A DNA stretch of 64,000 bases from Octopus vulgaris (GCA_951406725.2 OX597815.1:55552001-55616000), one strand, 5' to 3'; positions 29,718 to 43,229 are shown, counted from the first letter of the stretch. Notes: generated from the sequence alone by a model not told the origin. Program-made: numbers and translations.

Positions 29718-29866
29718 TGGCGTTAGGAAGGGCATCCAGCTGTAGAAACACTGCCAGACCAGACTGGAGCCTGGGGCAGTCCCTAGCTCCCCAGACCCCG
29801 GTCGAAACCGTCCAACCCGTGCTAGCGTGGAAAACGGACGTTAAACGATGATGATGATGATGATGA
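29718..29866 (+). mobile_element. RTE LINE 3' tail fragment
   Basis: GGCGTTAGGAAGGGCATCCAGC...GGACGTTAAAC(GAT)n. Confidence 0.85.
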
Positions 29867-30639
29867 TATATATATGTATATATTGGTAAAACGGTAAGAT
29901 AACAAAAGAAAGAAAGAGACCTCAATATTATGTAAATAGAGGAAATTTATCTATACAATAATATGTTACATTACTCGATAGTCAAGATAAAACTCTGAGT
30001 TTCAGATGCCGAAGTGGAAATCCACAACACCATCTCTTCGGTTATCTGGCTATTTGAAAACGCTATGAAAAAATACCATTATATAAAGAGAAATTACTGT
30101 GTTATAACTCTGCTTGCCTGCGTACTTATACATCGCTCGCATTTTTCGTCATAAAAATTATATAAAAATACATAAAAAATATATAAAAATATATAAAATC
30201 TTCTTGGGACATAACATAGAAAGCATGTTCTATCTGTTTTCTTTAGGGGACCAAAAACGTAACAGAAATTTAGTCACATATGGGCATGATCCGAAAAGTT
30301 ATGTCCTTCTGTTTAGACATGTAGTAGGGTCTAAGCTGCTTTTCCAGATAAGCCATCTCTCCATGTCGCATAGACACCCATCACTAGCCCAACAGTAAGG
30401 AAAAGGAATAATAGAAATAGGAAGGTCATCTGGTTTACGCCCCCTTACTCACCCGAGGTGGCCTTCAATATAGGTAAATATTTCCTAGCACTGATAGATT
30501 GACATTTTCCAGTTAACCATACTTATAGGAAACTCTTCAATAGACACAATTTTAAAATTAGTTTTAGTTCAACTGCCAATTTTAAAAACATAATCAAACA
30601 TAACATACAAAAAACAGCTGTTCATGCAGGAATAAAGAA

Positions 30640-31077
30640 TTGTGCCCGCTAAATGGAGCTTGCATGTCCAAGACCATCATATATGAAGCTACCGTAAACT
30701 CTATAACCACTAAAGACACCGTTTCGACGAAGAAATATGTGGGCCTTACAGAGGGTAATTTCAAGGCCAGGTTCAATAACCACACTTTGAGCTTTAGGCA
30801 CTGGAACAAAAGAAAAGCGACACAATTATCTAATCATATTTGGTCTTTAAGAGATAAAGGTGTCGATTATAACATACAATGGAAGATTTTGGCCAGATGT
30901 AAGCCCTATACCAACGGCAGCGGAAGGTGCAGTCTATGCGACATGGAGATATTGGCTTATCTGGAAAAGCAGCTTAGACCCTACTACATGTCTAAACACA
31001 AGGACAGAACTTTTCGGACATGCCCACATGTGACTAAATTTCTGTTATGTTTTTGGTCCCCTAAAGAAAACAGATAG
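30640..31077 (+). pseudogene. GIY-YIG endonuclease domain of a Penelope-like element (5'-truncated)
   Basis: IIY...YVG motif pair with catalytic-type R in FKARF and a CxxC insert. Confidence 0.8.
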
Positions 31078-31249
31078 AACATTCTTTCTATGTTATGTCC
31101 CAAGAAGATTTTATATATTTTTTATGTATTTTTATATAATTTTTATGACGAAAAATGCGAGCGATGTATAAGTACGCAGGCAAGCAGAGTTATAACACAG
31201 TAATTTCCCTTTATATAACGGTATTTTTTCATAGTGTTTTCAAATAGCC

Positions 31250-31312
31250 AGATAACCGAAGAGATGGTGTTGTGGATTTCCACTTCGGCATCTGAAACTC
31301 AGAGTTTTATCT
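31250..31312 (+). ncRNA. Type I hammerhead ribozyme-like motif (variant core); mirror copy on minus strand at 29985-30047
   Basis: Stem I AGATAA/TTATCT; core CCGAAGA; stem II GATG...CATC; GAAA; near-palindromic stem III ACTC-A-GAGT; GTT site. Confidence 0.6.
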
Positions 31313-31386
31313 TGACTATCGAGTAATGTAACATATTATTGTATAGATATATATATATATATATATACACATATATATATATATAT

Positions 31387-31419
<33 letters not shown>

Positions 31420-31810
31420 GGCGTAGGAGTGGCTGTGTGGTAAGTAGCTTGCTTACCAACCACATGGTGCCGGGTTCAGTCCCACTGCGTGGCATCTTGG
31501 GCAGGTGTCTTCTGCTATAGCCCCGGGCCAACCAATGCCTTGTGAGTGGATTTGGTAGACGGAAACTGAAAGAAGCCTGTAGTATGTATATGTGTGTTTG
31601 TGTGTCTGTGTTTGTCCCACCCCAATATCGCTTGACAACCGATGCTGGTGTGTTTACGTCCCCGTCACTTAGCGGTTCGGCAAAAAGAGACGGATAGAAT
31701 AAGTACTGGGCTTACAAAAGAATAAGTTCCGGGGTCGATTTGCTCGACTAAAGGCGGTGCTCCAGCATGGCCACAGTCAAATGACTGATACAAGTAAAAG
31801 AGAGAGTAAA
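31420..31810 (+). mobile_element. Full-length tRNA-derived SINE with CR1/L2-type 3' tail
   Basis: A-box TGGCTGTGTGG, B-box GGTTCAGTCC, CORE-like CTTGGGCAGGT, 3' GGCGGTGCTCCAGCATGGCCACAGTCAAATGACTG. Confidence 0.85.
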
Positions 31811-31863
31811 GAGTATATATATATATATATATAGAGTATATATATATATATATATACATATAT

Positions 31864-34800
31864 TTATGGCTGCCCCCTCGTTATCGAGTATGGCCATTGC
31901 ACAAAGCTTAACTGTTACCAGTGCAGTGATCGAATGCGACTTTTTAGCCCAGCTAAAGATCTACAAAGTCTTGTACAAAATTGGCAACTAAAACCTTTAC
32001 TGGTAATAGCCGGCTGAAGTTGTAACTGGGCTTCATGTACCTTTGCATGTCGTTTAAGTCCTCCTGCCGAATTACACTCTCTTCTACATGCCCGACAGAT
32101 ATGATTAGTATGGTGTGTTACACCACCACCAGTGGCCAGGTTGTCACTCATCTGCCTCGTTTTATAACTACGAAGATGATTCATGAGTCCAGCTTTACTG
32201 AGGCAGGTTCTTGCACAGATATTGCATCTCAGAATCAAAGGAAGACACTTCCCTTCTGGAAGTGTAACAGCGATGCTCTTCCTGACATCCCTCCTTACTT
32301 TCTCATGTGCAACTCGAGATTTCTCAAACGTGGCAATCCTTCTCCACCTGCTATGATCAATAGCTATGCCTTCCCATGTGTCAGGAGAGATGCAAGCATC
32401 TCTTAAGGAAGCCTTCAGCAAGTCCTTATACCTCTTTTTTGGTTTATGTGGAGGTCATTCTCCTTTAGCTAACTCTCCATAAAAGAGTTGTTTTGGCATC
32501 CTTGAATCCTTCATTCTAACCAGATGACCACTCCATCTGAGCCTTTGCTTTAACACAAGAGCTTCTATACTTTCACACCGAGAGCCTTCGAGTAATTCAA
32601 GATCACTGATGCAGTCCTTCCACTTAATGCTATAGATCCGTCTGAGGCACATCTGATGGAAACGTTCCAGATGTTTAATGTGGTATCGATATGTGACCCA
32701 CATCTCGCAGGCATAGAGAAGAGAAGGGAGCACACATGCCTTGTACACCTTTATCTTTGTCTTTCTGAATATGTCTCACCGACTCCAGAGGCGCTTTTCT
32801 AGCCTTCCTAAAGGAACACTTGCTTTCCTAATTCTATATGGAACTTCATCATCCACATTGCCATATCTATTAATAGTGCTTCCCAGGTAGACAAACTGAT
32901 CGACTACATTAAGTCGTTTACCATTCACATAGATATTTGGTACACTATACTGCTTACCAGGGGCAGGTTGATGCATGACAACAGTTTTCTTGAGATTGAC
33001 TGTCAATCCTAAGTGCAAGCATCAGAGAATGCATTCAAAATGTGTTGCATATCAATCTCTGTGTGTGCTACTAGCTCACAATCATCAGCATACAAAAGGT
33101 CTCTTATGATAGAGGTAAATATCTTTGTTTTTGCAGCAAGGCGCCTGATATTAAATATGCTGCCAGAGGTTCGATAATGGACGTAAACACCGTATCTGCA
33201 GTTTCTAAATGCAATACAGAACACCATCGCGAAATATATGGAAAATAGGGTCAGTGCCAGAATATCCCCCTGTTTCACTCCATTTTGTATTGAAATGGGC
33301 TCCGACATCTTCCCTCTAACATTCACCCTATCATTCATGTCTTCATGAAAAGACCTAACCAAAGTAAGGAACTTTTCAGGACACCCAAGTTTCTGGAGGA
33401 CTTTCCACAATGCTTTTCTATTGACGGTATCAAAGGCTTTTGTCAGATTGACAAAAACCTGATACAAATCCAGATCCTGTTCCACACACTTCTCCTGAAG
33501 CTGTCTAGCTGAAAAGATCATATCAGCAGTGCTGCATCCCACACAAAAGCCAGATTGACTTTCTAGAAGAACACAATCTGCAATGTATTTCAGCAGACGA
33601 TCCAGAAGTATCCTGCATAAAACCTTTCCTACAGCAGACAGCAATGATGCTCCCCTATAATTACCACAATCATTCCTGTTGCCCTTTCCCTTATACAGAA
33701 CCACCATTACTGCATCTCTCCAGTCCTCAGGTACAGATTCACTAGTCCATACCTTACCAAACAAAGAGTGAAGTTTCTGCAGAATTTTCTCACCACCATG
33801 CTGTAACAACTTCGCATGTATGCCATCCATATCCAGAGACTTCCCATTATTCAACCTTGAGACAGCCATTGCAACTTCTTCCAACTTTGGTGGTTCTGCG
33901 AGTGCTGCCTTCACAAGCAATCCAGGGATGAGATTGAGAACATCCTCACTAACTACAGACTGCTGATTCAAAAGTTCATCAAAGTGTTCTTGCCACCTTT
34001 GCAGAATTCCTTGTGAATCACGAAGAAGTTCTTTACCATCCCTGCTTCGAATTGGTGTCATCAGGGAAGATGTCGGTTCATAAACTTCTCGCAAGAGACA
34101 ATACAACAGCTTTGTGTTATTGGAATCTGATGCCGCCTGTATCTCATCAGCCTTCTTACTCCACCACGTATCCCTCATCTGAGAGAGCTTTTGCCTCACA
34201 CATGATTTTACGTCTTTGAGTCCCCTATGCAACACTTCCCTTTCCTGTGGCTTTGCTGACAAATAGCGTGACAAAGTACGTCTTTTATCAGCCAATAAAT
34301 CATCTATATGTTCATCATTTCTTTGAACCAATCTTGATGCTTTCTTTGTATCAATCCCAGAACTTTTTTGCCTATATCATAAACTGACTTTTTAAGGGTC
34401 GGCCAATCCCCCCCCCATATCTGCAGTATTCATTTCCTCTTGTAAAGTTCTCTTCACACTATTATACCTAAGACGATCGACATTCAGTCTTTTAGGCAGG
34501 GTCATCCCTGCAGCTCGGATTTTGTTTTGTGACTAATTTCACTTTTGCACGTACTAGGCGGTGGTCAGTCCAACACTCAGCTCCACGAAGAACACGAACA
34601 CATTGCACATCCTGTCTGTCATGCACCCTAACTAGAATGTAATCCAGAATATGCCATTCTTTAGATGCAGGGTGCATCCATGTCGTCTTAAGCTTATTCT
34701 TTTGTTGAAACATGGTATTGGTAACACACAACTCAGCTCCTCACACATCTGCAGCAAAAGCATGCCATTACTATTACACTTCCCCACCCCATGCTTTCCA

Positions 34801-34898
34801 ATTACAGTCCATGTGTTAAAATCCCTACCCACTCTACCATTAAAGTCACCCAGTACAATGACTTTGTCTGCCCAAGGGATATTTCTTATAATGCCCTT
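31864..34898 (-). mobile_element. RTE (BovB-like) LINE with three C-terminal C2H2-like zinc fingers; 5'-truncated and frameshifted
   Basis: APE GDFNGRVG, WHILDYI, CWTDHRLV; RT NYRGASLLS, KAFDTVNR, GVKQG, YADD; C-terminal CxxC-x12-H motifs in ORF 31915-32421. Confidence 0.9.
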
Positions 34899-34926
34899 CA
34901 TATATACATATATATATATATATACA

Positions 34927-35601
34927 TCACTTTCACTTCACTTTGACCGACCAGTCCATCAGGCGTCCATTTGACACCGCTGGTCACAGCACACTGTCCA
35001 CTCCTCTCTGGATCGCGCCTTTCTCATCCACGTGATCCCAATCGTCCTCCTGAAATCGTCACTCCACCGTCGTGGAGGTCTTCCGGGTGGTCTTTTCCGC
35101 TCACGCGGGTACCACTCGACAACTGTGTGCGTCCACCGATTATCGGTGAGCCGGGCAACGTGTCCAGCCCATCTATACTTGCTGTGTGTATACTCTGCGA
35201 TGACATCTCTCACGCCGGACTTCTTTCTGATGATCTTGCTACTTATGTGCTCTCTCAACGAGATACCAAGCATTGACCTTTCCATGGCTCTTTGAGCCGA
35301 TACCAGTCTTTGCTCTTCTCTCTTTGTGGTAGCCCATGTTTCACTACCATATAACATTGCAGTCAGACAATGTACCAATAGGTCGAATGGTGATCGGCAG
35401 TGATGAAACAGAGGAGGTGAGAGAATATGTCTACCTGGGACAGGAAGTAAATATGTGCCGGGATATCAAAAAGGAGATCTCACGGAGAGTAAGGGCCAGA
35501 TGGAAGGCGTTCAATGGCATAAGGGATGTGCTCAAGGGAAGGTTGGACAGGACCACCCGCACCAACCTCATTAACAGTGCAGTTCTGCCTGCAATGTTAT
35601 A
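34927..35601 (-). mobile_element. Short RTE LINE copy (third family) with 5' inversion
   Basis: Minus 35362-34927: AMLYGSETW..RWAGHVAR..GRPPRRWSDD and (AAGTG)-type tail; plus 35365-35600: YVYLGQ..EISRRV..VLPAMLY. Confidence 0.85.
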
Positions 35602-35630
35602 TATATATATATATATACATACACATACAT

Positions 35631-35670
<40 letters not shown>

Positions 35671-35674
<4 letters not shown>

Positions 35675-38490
35675 TCATCATCATCGTTTAACGTCCGTTT
35701 TCCGCGCTAGCACGGGTTGGACGGTTTCGACCGGGGTCTGGGGAGCCAGGGGCTGCCCCAGGCTCCAGTCTGGTCTGGCAGTGTTTCTACGGCTGGATGC
35801 CCTTCCTAACGCCAACCACTCCGCGAGTGTAGTGGGTGCTTTTTACGTGCCACCTGCACAGGTGCCAGAGGGGTCTGGCAACGGCCACGGTCGGTTGGTG
35901 CTTTTTATGTGCCACCTGCACAGAAGCCAGTCGGGGCGGTGCTGGCATCGGCCACGTTCGGATGGTGCTTTTTATGTGGGGTGGGGGGTGCAGAAATATA
36001 GGGGAGCACCAGCGGGGAGGGGTGTTTGGAGTGTTCATGTACTTGACTCAACAGGTCTCCTCAAGCACAGCGGGACGATCTGGGATCCGGGGTACTTTGA
36101 ATGGGCAGGGGCTATGCGGAACTGATGCAGGAAGCAGCCCGGGTCTTTGCAGTCACAGCATATCTCCAGAGATCTCGGTCCTTCGCCATTGCCTCGGTGA
36201 GGCCCAACGCTCTGAGGTCAAGCTTGACTGCCTCATCCCATGTCTTCCTGGGTCTACCTCTCCCCCTGATACCTTCAACTGTTTGGGAGTGGCACTTCTT
36301 CACACATCTCTCCTCATCCATCCGCAGCACATGACCATACCATCGCAAGCGTCGCTCTTGCACACCACATCTGATGCTTCTTATATCCAGCATTTCTCTC
36401 AGGATGCTTACACTCTGTCGTGCGTGCACACTGACATTACACATCCAGTGGATCATGCTAGCTTCATTTCTTTCAAGTCTACGCATGTCCTCTGCAGTCA
36501 TAGCCCATGTTTCATTACCGTGAAGCATGGCAGTTCGCACACATGCATCATACAGTCTACCTTTCGCTCTGAGGGAGAGACCCTTTTTCACCAGTAGGGG
36601 TAGGAGCTTTCTGAACTTTGCCCAGGCTATTCGTATTCTAGTGGTGATACTCTCTGTGCATCCACCTCCGCTACTAACTTGGTCACCCAGGTAGCGGAAA
36701 CTATCAACTACTTCTAGTTTCTCTCCCTGGAGTATGATGGAATCTGCTTTCTGAGTGTCTGTGGTGTCTATTGTCCCTGTGCATCTGCCGCACATGAAGG
36801 CTATCTTATCTGTTAATTTCCCTTTAATGTTGCTGCACCTCTTGTGCGTCCATAGCTTACATTGGGTGCATCTTATGGAGTTTCTACCTGCACCTTTCCT
36901 ACAGATTGAGCAGGGCCACCTACCCGAGGGGGTGTGTGCTGAGTACGCCTTGCTGCTTACTATTACTTTGGTCTTTGCTACATTTACTCTAAGGCCCTTT
37001 GATTCTAACCCTTGCTTCCACACCCGAAATTTCTTTTCTAGTTCCGGTAGTGATTCTGCTATGAGAGCCAGGTCATCAGCATAGAGGAGCTCCCAGGGGC
37101 ATCCTGTTTTGAATTCCTCTGTTATTGCCTGGAGGACTATGATGAATAGAAGGGGACTGAGGGCTGAGCCCTGGTGCACACCTACTTCTACCCGGAATTC
37201 TTCACTATATTCGTTGCCAATCCTAACCTTGCTGGCAGCCTCTCTGTATAGAGCCTGTACAGCCCTTATTAGCCATTCGTCAATCTCCAGTTTCCGCATT
37301 GACCACCAGATAAGGGAACGGGGAACCCTGTCAAAGGCTTTCTCCAAGTCCACAAAGGCTATGTAGAGGGGTTTATCTTTAGCTAGGTACTTCTCCTGCA
37401 GTTGTCGGACCAGGAATATAGCATCAGTGGTGCTTCTACCTGGCACAAAACCGAACTGCATTTCATCTAAGCAAATTCTCTCCCTAATGAGATGTGTTAT
37501 GACCCTCTCTGTGACTTTCATCACCTGGTCCAACAGCTTGATACCCCTGTAATTATTTCTATCTAGAGCATCACCCTTACCCTTGTAGCAGTTGACTATG
37601 GTGCTGCTACGCCAGTCATTGGGTATGACTCCATTGTGAACTACCTGGTTTACAATGCGGGTGACTATGCCATAGCCCACATAGCCAGCTGTTTTAAGCA
37701 TCTCAGCAGTGATTCCTGATGGGCCGGGGGCTTTGCCTGGTTTCATATCCTTAATTTACTTATCTACAAGGGAGCTGTCTATTCGGGTAGCTGGTCCCTC
37801 TACTGGGTCAACATTTGGCAGGCTCTCCTCCTCCCATTCATTCTCCTCGTTCAGCAGTCTTTCATAATGGCTTCTCCAAGCCTCTTTCTTTTCACTAACA
37901 GTAAAAGCAAGTGCCCCATCATCCATGCGGACACATTTCTCTCCTGTAACATCACTATTTTCTCTGACACACTGTCTGGCAATCCGAAATACCTCAGCTC
38001 TTTGGTCCTCACGTCGCTGGACATTGGCAAACTTCTTCTTTTCTGCTACATCTTTGGCTATGTATACCTGCCGCCCAGCCTCCCTTTTGGCTGCCTGGTA
38101 CAGTTCCCTGCTGCCCCCATCCCTCCAGGCTTTCCAGGCCCGTCTCTTTGCACTAATGGCTTTATCTACTGCACTGTTCCACCACCACGTAACTCTAGGT
38201 CTGGAAGGGACTCTGCACCATCCACAGACTCGGTCTGTGGCACTCAGCAAGCTGTCCCGTAGGAATTCCCAGCTACCTTCTATGTCTGACGTCTGGAGCT
38301 CCTCCTCCCTCTCATCAAATTTCTTGATGAGTATGTCCCTAAATTTCTGACCATGTGATGGGTTCTTTAGCCTCCAAATCCTTCTTTTCTGGATCGGTTT
38401 GTTTCTTGGAGTCCTTCTGGCCTCAAGCTTAAAGTCACTGATGATTAGTCTATGCTGAGGGATACATTCTTCACCCGGGAGGGTCTTTGC
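35671..38490 (-). mobile_element. RTE-PHD LINE, 5'-truncated; ORF broken by a single in-frame stop at 37756-37758
   Basis: ORFs 37756-38604 and 36112-37746 are in the same frame; YADD intact; (GAT)n tail. Confidence 0.92.
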
Positions 38491-38537
38491 ATATATATAT
38501 ATATATATACATATATTATATATACATACACATACAT

Positions 38538-38576
<39 letters not shown>

Positions 38577-38607
38577 TTATATATACATACACATACATAT
38601 ACATACA

Positions 38608-38650
<43 letters not shown>

Positions 38651-38766
38651 TTATATATACATACACATACATATACATATATTATATATACATACACATA
38701 CATATACATATACATATATTATATATACATACATATATATACATATATATATACATATATATATAC

Positions 38767-38800
<34 letters not shown>

Positions 38801-38865
38801 GTATGTATATATAATATATGTATATATATATATACATATATTATATATACATACATATATTATAT

Positions 38866-38909
<44 letters not shown>

Positions 38910-38991
38910 CTATTAAGTTAGACATGGCCTGGGCCAATAATGGCCGAAACCTATCAAAGTATCAAAGTATACATATATTATATATACATAC

Positions 38992-39058
<67 letters not shown>

Positions 39059-39139
39059 TATATGGCGGTGTATCAGCATGGCTGCAGCTCTGAGCTGAAG
39101 CTTTATTAAAAATATATATATATATATACACATATACAT

Positions 39140-39197
<58 letters not shown>

Positions 39198-39286
39198 ATG
39201 TATATATATGTATATATAGATATATATATATGTATGTGTATATATATATATATGTATGTATACATATATGTATATATATATATATA
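38491..39286. repeat. Degenerate (TA)n microsatellite containing two isolated LINE/SINE 3' stem-loop stubs (about 38923-38970 and 39064-39102)
   Basis: Directly visible. Confidence 0.85.
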
Positions 39287-41177
39287 GTGGTCGTATACCG
39301 TCAACTCAATTTGACAGTCCCATAAGGGAATTACACCACCGCCATTTAGCCCTAGGAAACATCGACGTCTCCTGTCGACTTTGACACATTTTCTGTGTAC
39401 TTATATTTGCAAAGGGGAAGCAATCACCCCCGCCAGCCTTACGAGTATGTCAACAATTTATGTCTTCCTACCTGAAAGTCTGAGATCTTATCTAAATGAT
39501 CATCCTGAAAATGGTTTAAATGACCATGGCTGCTCCCTGCTGGCTTTTTTGCACCAGGGTCAGGACTATAAATTAAGATAACAACTTGAAAATAGGATTG
39601 CTTTGATATTGTTGCTCTTAGAAAATCAATTTGCTTATTCACTTTATAAAATCGATTGTTCTTTTTTAAAATATCACTTGATTATCACTTGGTGAACAAG
39701 TCATCTTATGGCTTTATTTCGCCTGCTTTTATATATGTTAAAAATTTACCAGAAGATGGGGGATTTTTGCTATGATGTAATCTAAGAATCTCAGAATAAC
39801 AGTAGCAGCAACATTGATGAACAGGAAGAGAAAGTATTCATATGTAGTTACTGTTTGTTCTGTTTAATAATGTTAGTGTGATCTTAGAATATTGCTTGGT
39901 TGCACAATATATAATCATGCTATTATCAGTTTAAAAAATATTTTGCAGAAAAGACGTCTAGTTCCTTTTTGAGATAGTTGGGACTTTTTTCTCATTTCCT
40001 TTATTAGACTGAAAATTTGAACCAAAATTCCCTAATGATAAGGGAAAACCACAGGAAACTTCTTTGTGTAACCGTTTTTCAAATCACAGTATGAAACTGA
40101 AATCTATAATGCTTCCACTAATGCTGCATTGAATTAGGGAGCATTACATTGTATAGAAATTAACTTTTTTTTTACAATTTAAACTTTGCATTTTAGTATT
40201 TGTGTTCTTCTACTGATACTTAAAACAGTTAAAAATTTTTTAATATTTATTTGTAGAGATTGTGTTTGAGTTATTGTGTAGCCTAATTCAAATCTGTCCA
40301 AGTAGCTGCTCATTTAATGTTTACAGACATTTCACAGATTCAGTGCCTTGTCTCAAATATTGGTTGTGACAATCAGTGTTTTAAATGTAAGTCTATCTTT
40401 AATGTTTTCACGATATTCCAAAATGTACAACTTAAAACGTGGACATCATTTTAAAATTGCAAAGACTGACACTCTGCTGAAAAGGTACAATAAAGATTCT
40501 TTGCCGATATGTGTCACATTTTAAAGAAAAAATTGGCATTTTACTGGCACTGAGCATATTTGAATGAAGAACTGGCAACTGAGCAGAGATGCAGCAAATA
40601 TGATTCACTAAAACATTTTGCATGACATCATAGGTCTGGCAATAACGAGTTTTAACATGCATGAAATCACAGACTTATAGATGAAGAGAAATGGAGTGAA
40701 GTAGTTTTCATGCTTTCATTAAGACTGCAATTCCAAAAGGAAATACAAACTGGATGATACGTTATCTTAACCCAGAAATAATGCAATAAGGAATACATAC
40801 ATTGAAATAAGTTTCAGTTTTATAAATGCATTTCTCAAGTGTATGTTTTTGCAAGCATGTAAAAGTATCTGCATGAGTATTTTAGGTTTCTATATGTTAG
40901 GCTTGTTTTAAGCAACAATGCTGGGACAACATGATTTATACCAGTTAATTCATGATAAAATATTTTATATATTTCAAAACTGATTATCCCCTTGAAAGAT
41001 TTTTTACTAAGTTGCTCATCATATCAGAAATAGCAATGAAATTTCCCTCAAATCACATTGTACTATCTAAAATTGGAATGTATGTTTTGATACAGAAGAA
41101 AATTTGGTGGGAACTCCTTTGATCATAGGCTTGCTCAACCAGAACTGACTTGGCGTTAAACAACAACACAGGTAAGA

Positions 41178-43099
41178 TCATCATCATCATCATCATCATC
41201 GTTTAACGTCCGCTTTCCACGCTAGCACGGGTTGGACGGTTTGACCGGGTCTGGGAAGCCAGGGGCCGCACCAGGCTCCAGTCTGAATCTGGCAGAGTTT
41301 CTACGGCTGGATGCCCTTCCTAACGCCAACCACTCCGTGAGTGGATTGGGTGCTTTTTACGTGCCACCTGCACAGGGGCCGGAGGGTCCGGCATCGTCAC
41401 GATCGGTTCGAGCATTTTAACGTGTCAGCGGCACGGGGGCAACGAGGTCCGGGGTACTTTGGAGATCGGGGTACTTTGGGGATCCAGGGTACTTTGGGGA
41501 TCCGGGGTACTTAGAATGGGTAGGGGGTATGTGGAATTGCTGCAGAAAGCAGCCCGGGTCTTTGTAGTCACAGCATTTATCGTCACTGAGTAACGTAATT
41601 AGGTAGAGGAAAGAAATACAGATATTCTAGAGTTGAGTTGGGGAGGGGGGTCCAGTTGAGGCGGGTAATATAGGGGAGCAACCAGTGGGGAAGGTTGGGG
41701 GAAGGAGGAACGATGGCAGGAAGGGTTGGTGTAGGTTCCTAAGAAATAAAGACATTCGTTATCGTCACAGAGTAACGTAATTAGGTAGAGGAAAGAAATA
41801 CAGATATTCTAGAGTTGAGTTGGGGAGGGGGGTCCAGTTGAGGCGGGTAATATAGGGGAGCAACCAGTGGGGAAGGTTGGGGTAAGGAGGAACGATGGCA
41901 GGAAGGGTTGGTGTAGGTTCCTAAGAAATAAAAACGTAGGATATTACGAGGCGGGAGGGTACTAAAGGGGATGGTCGGAATGAGGCAGTATCAGGAGGAA
42001 GCGTAAGATCGGTGGGCAGTTGATGAGCTATGGCGCTAGCAGCTTGTCTTTTCACAGTGAAAGCATATGAGGAGAAGGGGTAGTGGGGGGAGGAGGAGGG
42101 AGTAGGGCGTACCCGGTGTAGATGGTGAGAACAGGGTACACTGGTATTGGTGGTGGGGGGTGAGAACAGTGTTCACTGGTATTGGTGGTGGTGGCGGTGA
42201 GAACAGTGTTCACCGGTATTGGTGGTGGGGGTGAGAACAGTGTTCATCGGTATTGGTGGTGGGGGGGGGGGGCGCACCGCCAATGGCGGAAAGATGGGAA
42301 GTGAGGTAGCCTAAGGTTAAATTTTGTAGAGAGAGAGATAGGAAAGATAAATCAAGTTATGGCGAAGGCTTGAAAGTAGCCTAAAAGGTTAAATTTTCGT
42401 AACAATGTATGAATAAACGTAGTAACAACGAATAAAAATAGTAAGATAAATTTTTAAGAACTTGCTGCGGGCATCGATCGGGAGTTGAAATTGAAGAAGA
42501 AAGTAAGTTGAATTGGGAATTTAAATTGCAGAATCGTAATGGTAATGGCGATTTTCAAGTTTTAGCATAAGAAGAAGAAGAGGGGGAAAAAGACCGCCAA
42601 TGGCGGAAAGATGGGAAGTGAGGTAGCCTAAGGTTAAATTTTGTAGAGAGAGAGATAGGAAAGATAAATCAAGTTATGGCGAAGGCTTGAAAGTAGCCTA
42701 AAAGGTTAAATTTTCGTAACAATGTATGAATAAACGTAGTAACAACGAATAAAAATAGTAAGATAAATTTTTAAGAACTTGCTGCGGGCATCGATCGGGA
42801 GTTGAAATTGAAGAAGAAAGTAAGTTGAATTGGGAATTTAAATTGCAGAATCGTAATGGTAATGGCGATTTTCAAGTTTTAGCATAAGAAGAAGAAGAGG
42901 GGAAAAAGACCGCCAATGGCGGAAAGATGGGAAGTGAGGTAGCCTAAGGTTAAATTTTGTAGAGAGAGAGATAGGAAAGATAAATCAAGTTATGGCGAAG
43001 GCTTGAAAGTAGCCTAAAAGGTTAAATTTTCGTAACAATGTATGAATAAACGTAGTAACAACGAATAAAAATAGTAAGATAAATTTTTAAGAACTTGCT
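41178..43099 (-). mobile_element. Composite non-autonomous retroelement: 317-bp monomers, VNTR, 180-bp duplication, RTE 3' end
   Basis: RTE 3' UTR and (GAT)n at 41178-41578; duplication 41578-41935; ~30-bp VNTR 42123-42270; monomers from 42277. Confidence 0.7.
42277..43099. repeat. Tandem repeat, ~317-bp unit x2.6, nearly identical copies
   Basis: CCGCCAATGGCGG at 42277, 42594 and 42910. Confidence 0.92.
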
Positions 43100-43229
43100 T
43101 GGTAATATTTTGCAAGTAGGTTTCTGTAAGAACTACAGTATGGTGGAGCATATATTCACAGCTTACAGAATGAGCAAATGAATACAAGATACTTCTGTGC
43201 ATTGCTTTTGTTTACTAAGAATAGGTCTT

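Larger units (their letters stand above)
29880..31349 (+). mobile_element. Penelope-like element (Naiad-like GIY-YIG C-terminus) with inverted pseudo-LTRs
   Basis: WFTPPYS...CSCRNKELCPLNGAC..IIYEATV..KYVGLTEGNFKARFNNH..CSLC..CPH; 29948-30375 is the inverted copy of 30932-31349. Confidence 0.85.

Noticed and set aside
30500-30502. In-frame TGA as selenocysteine in the Naiad-like element
   Set aside because: Falls in LID*HFP, not an evident Cys position; simple nonsense mutation more likely; no SECIS recognised
40327-40386. Possible 60-bp plus-strand exon (CAG...GTAAGT)
   Set aside because: No recognisable peptide or partner exons
40432-40662. Cys-containing minus-strand ORF as TMEM129 exon 4
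   Set aside because: Lacks RING spacing and TMEM129 C-terminal motifs
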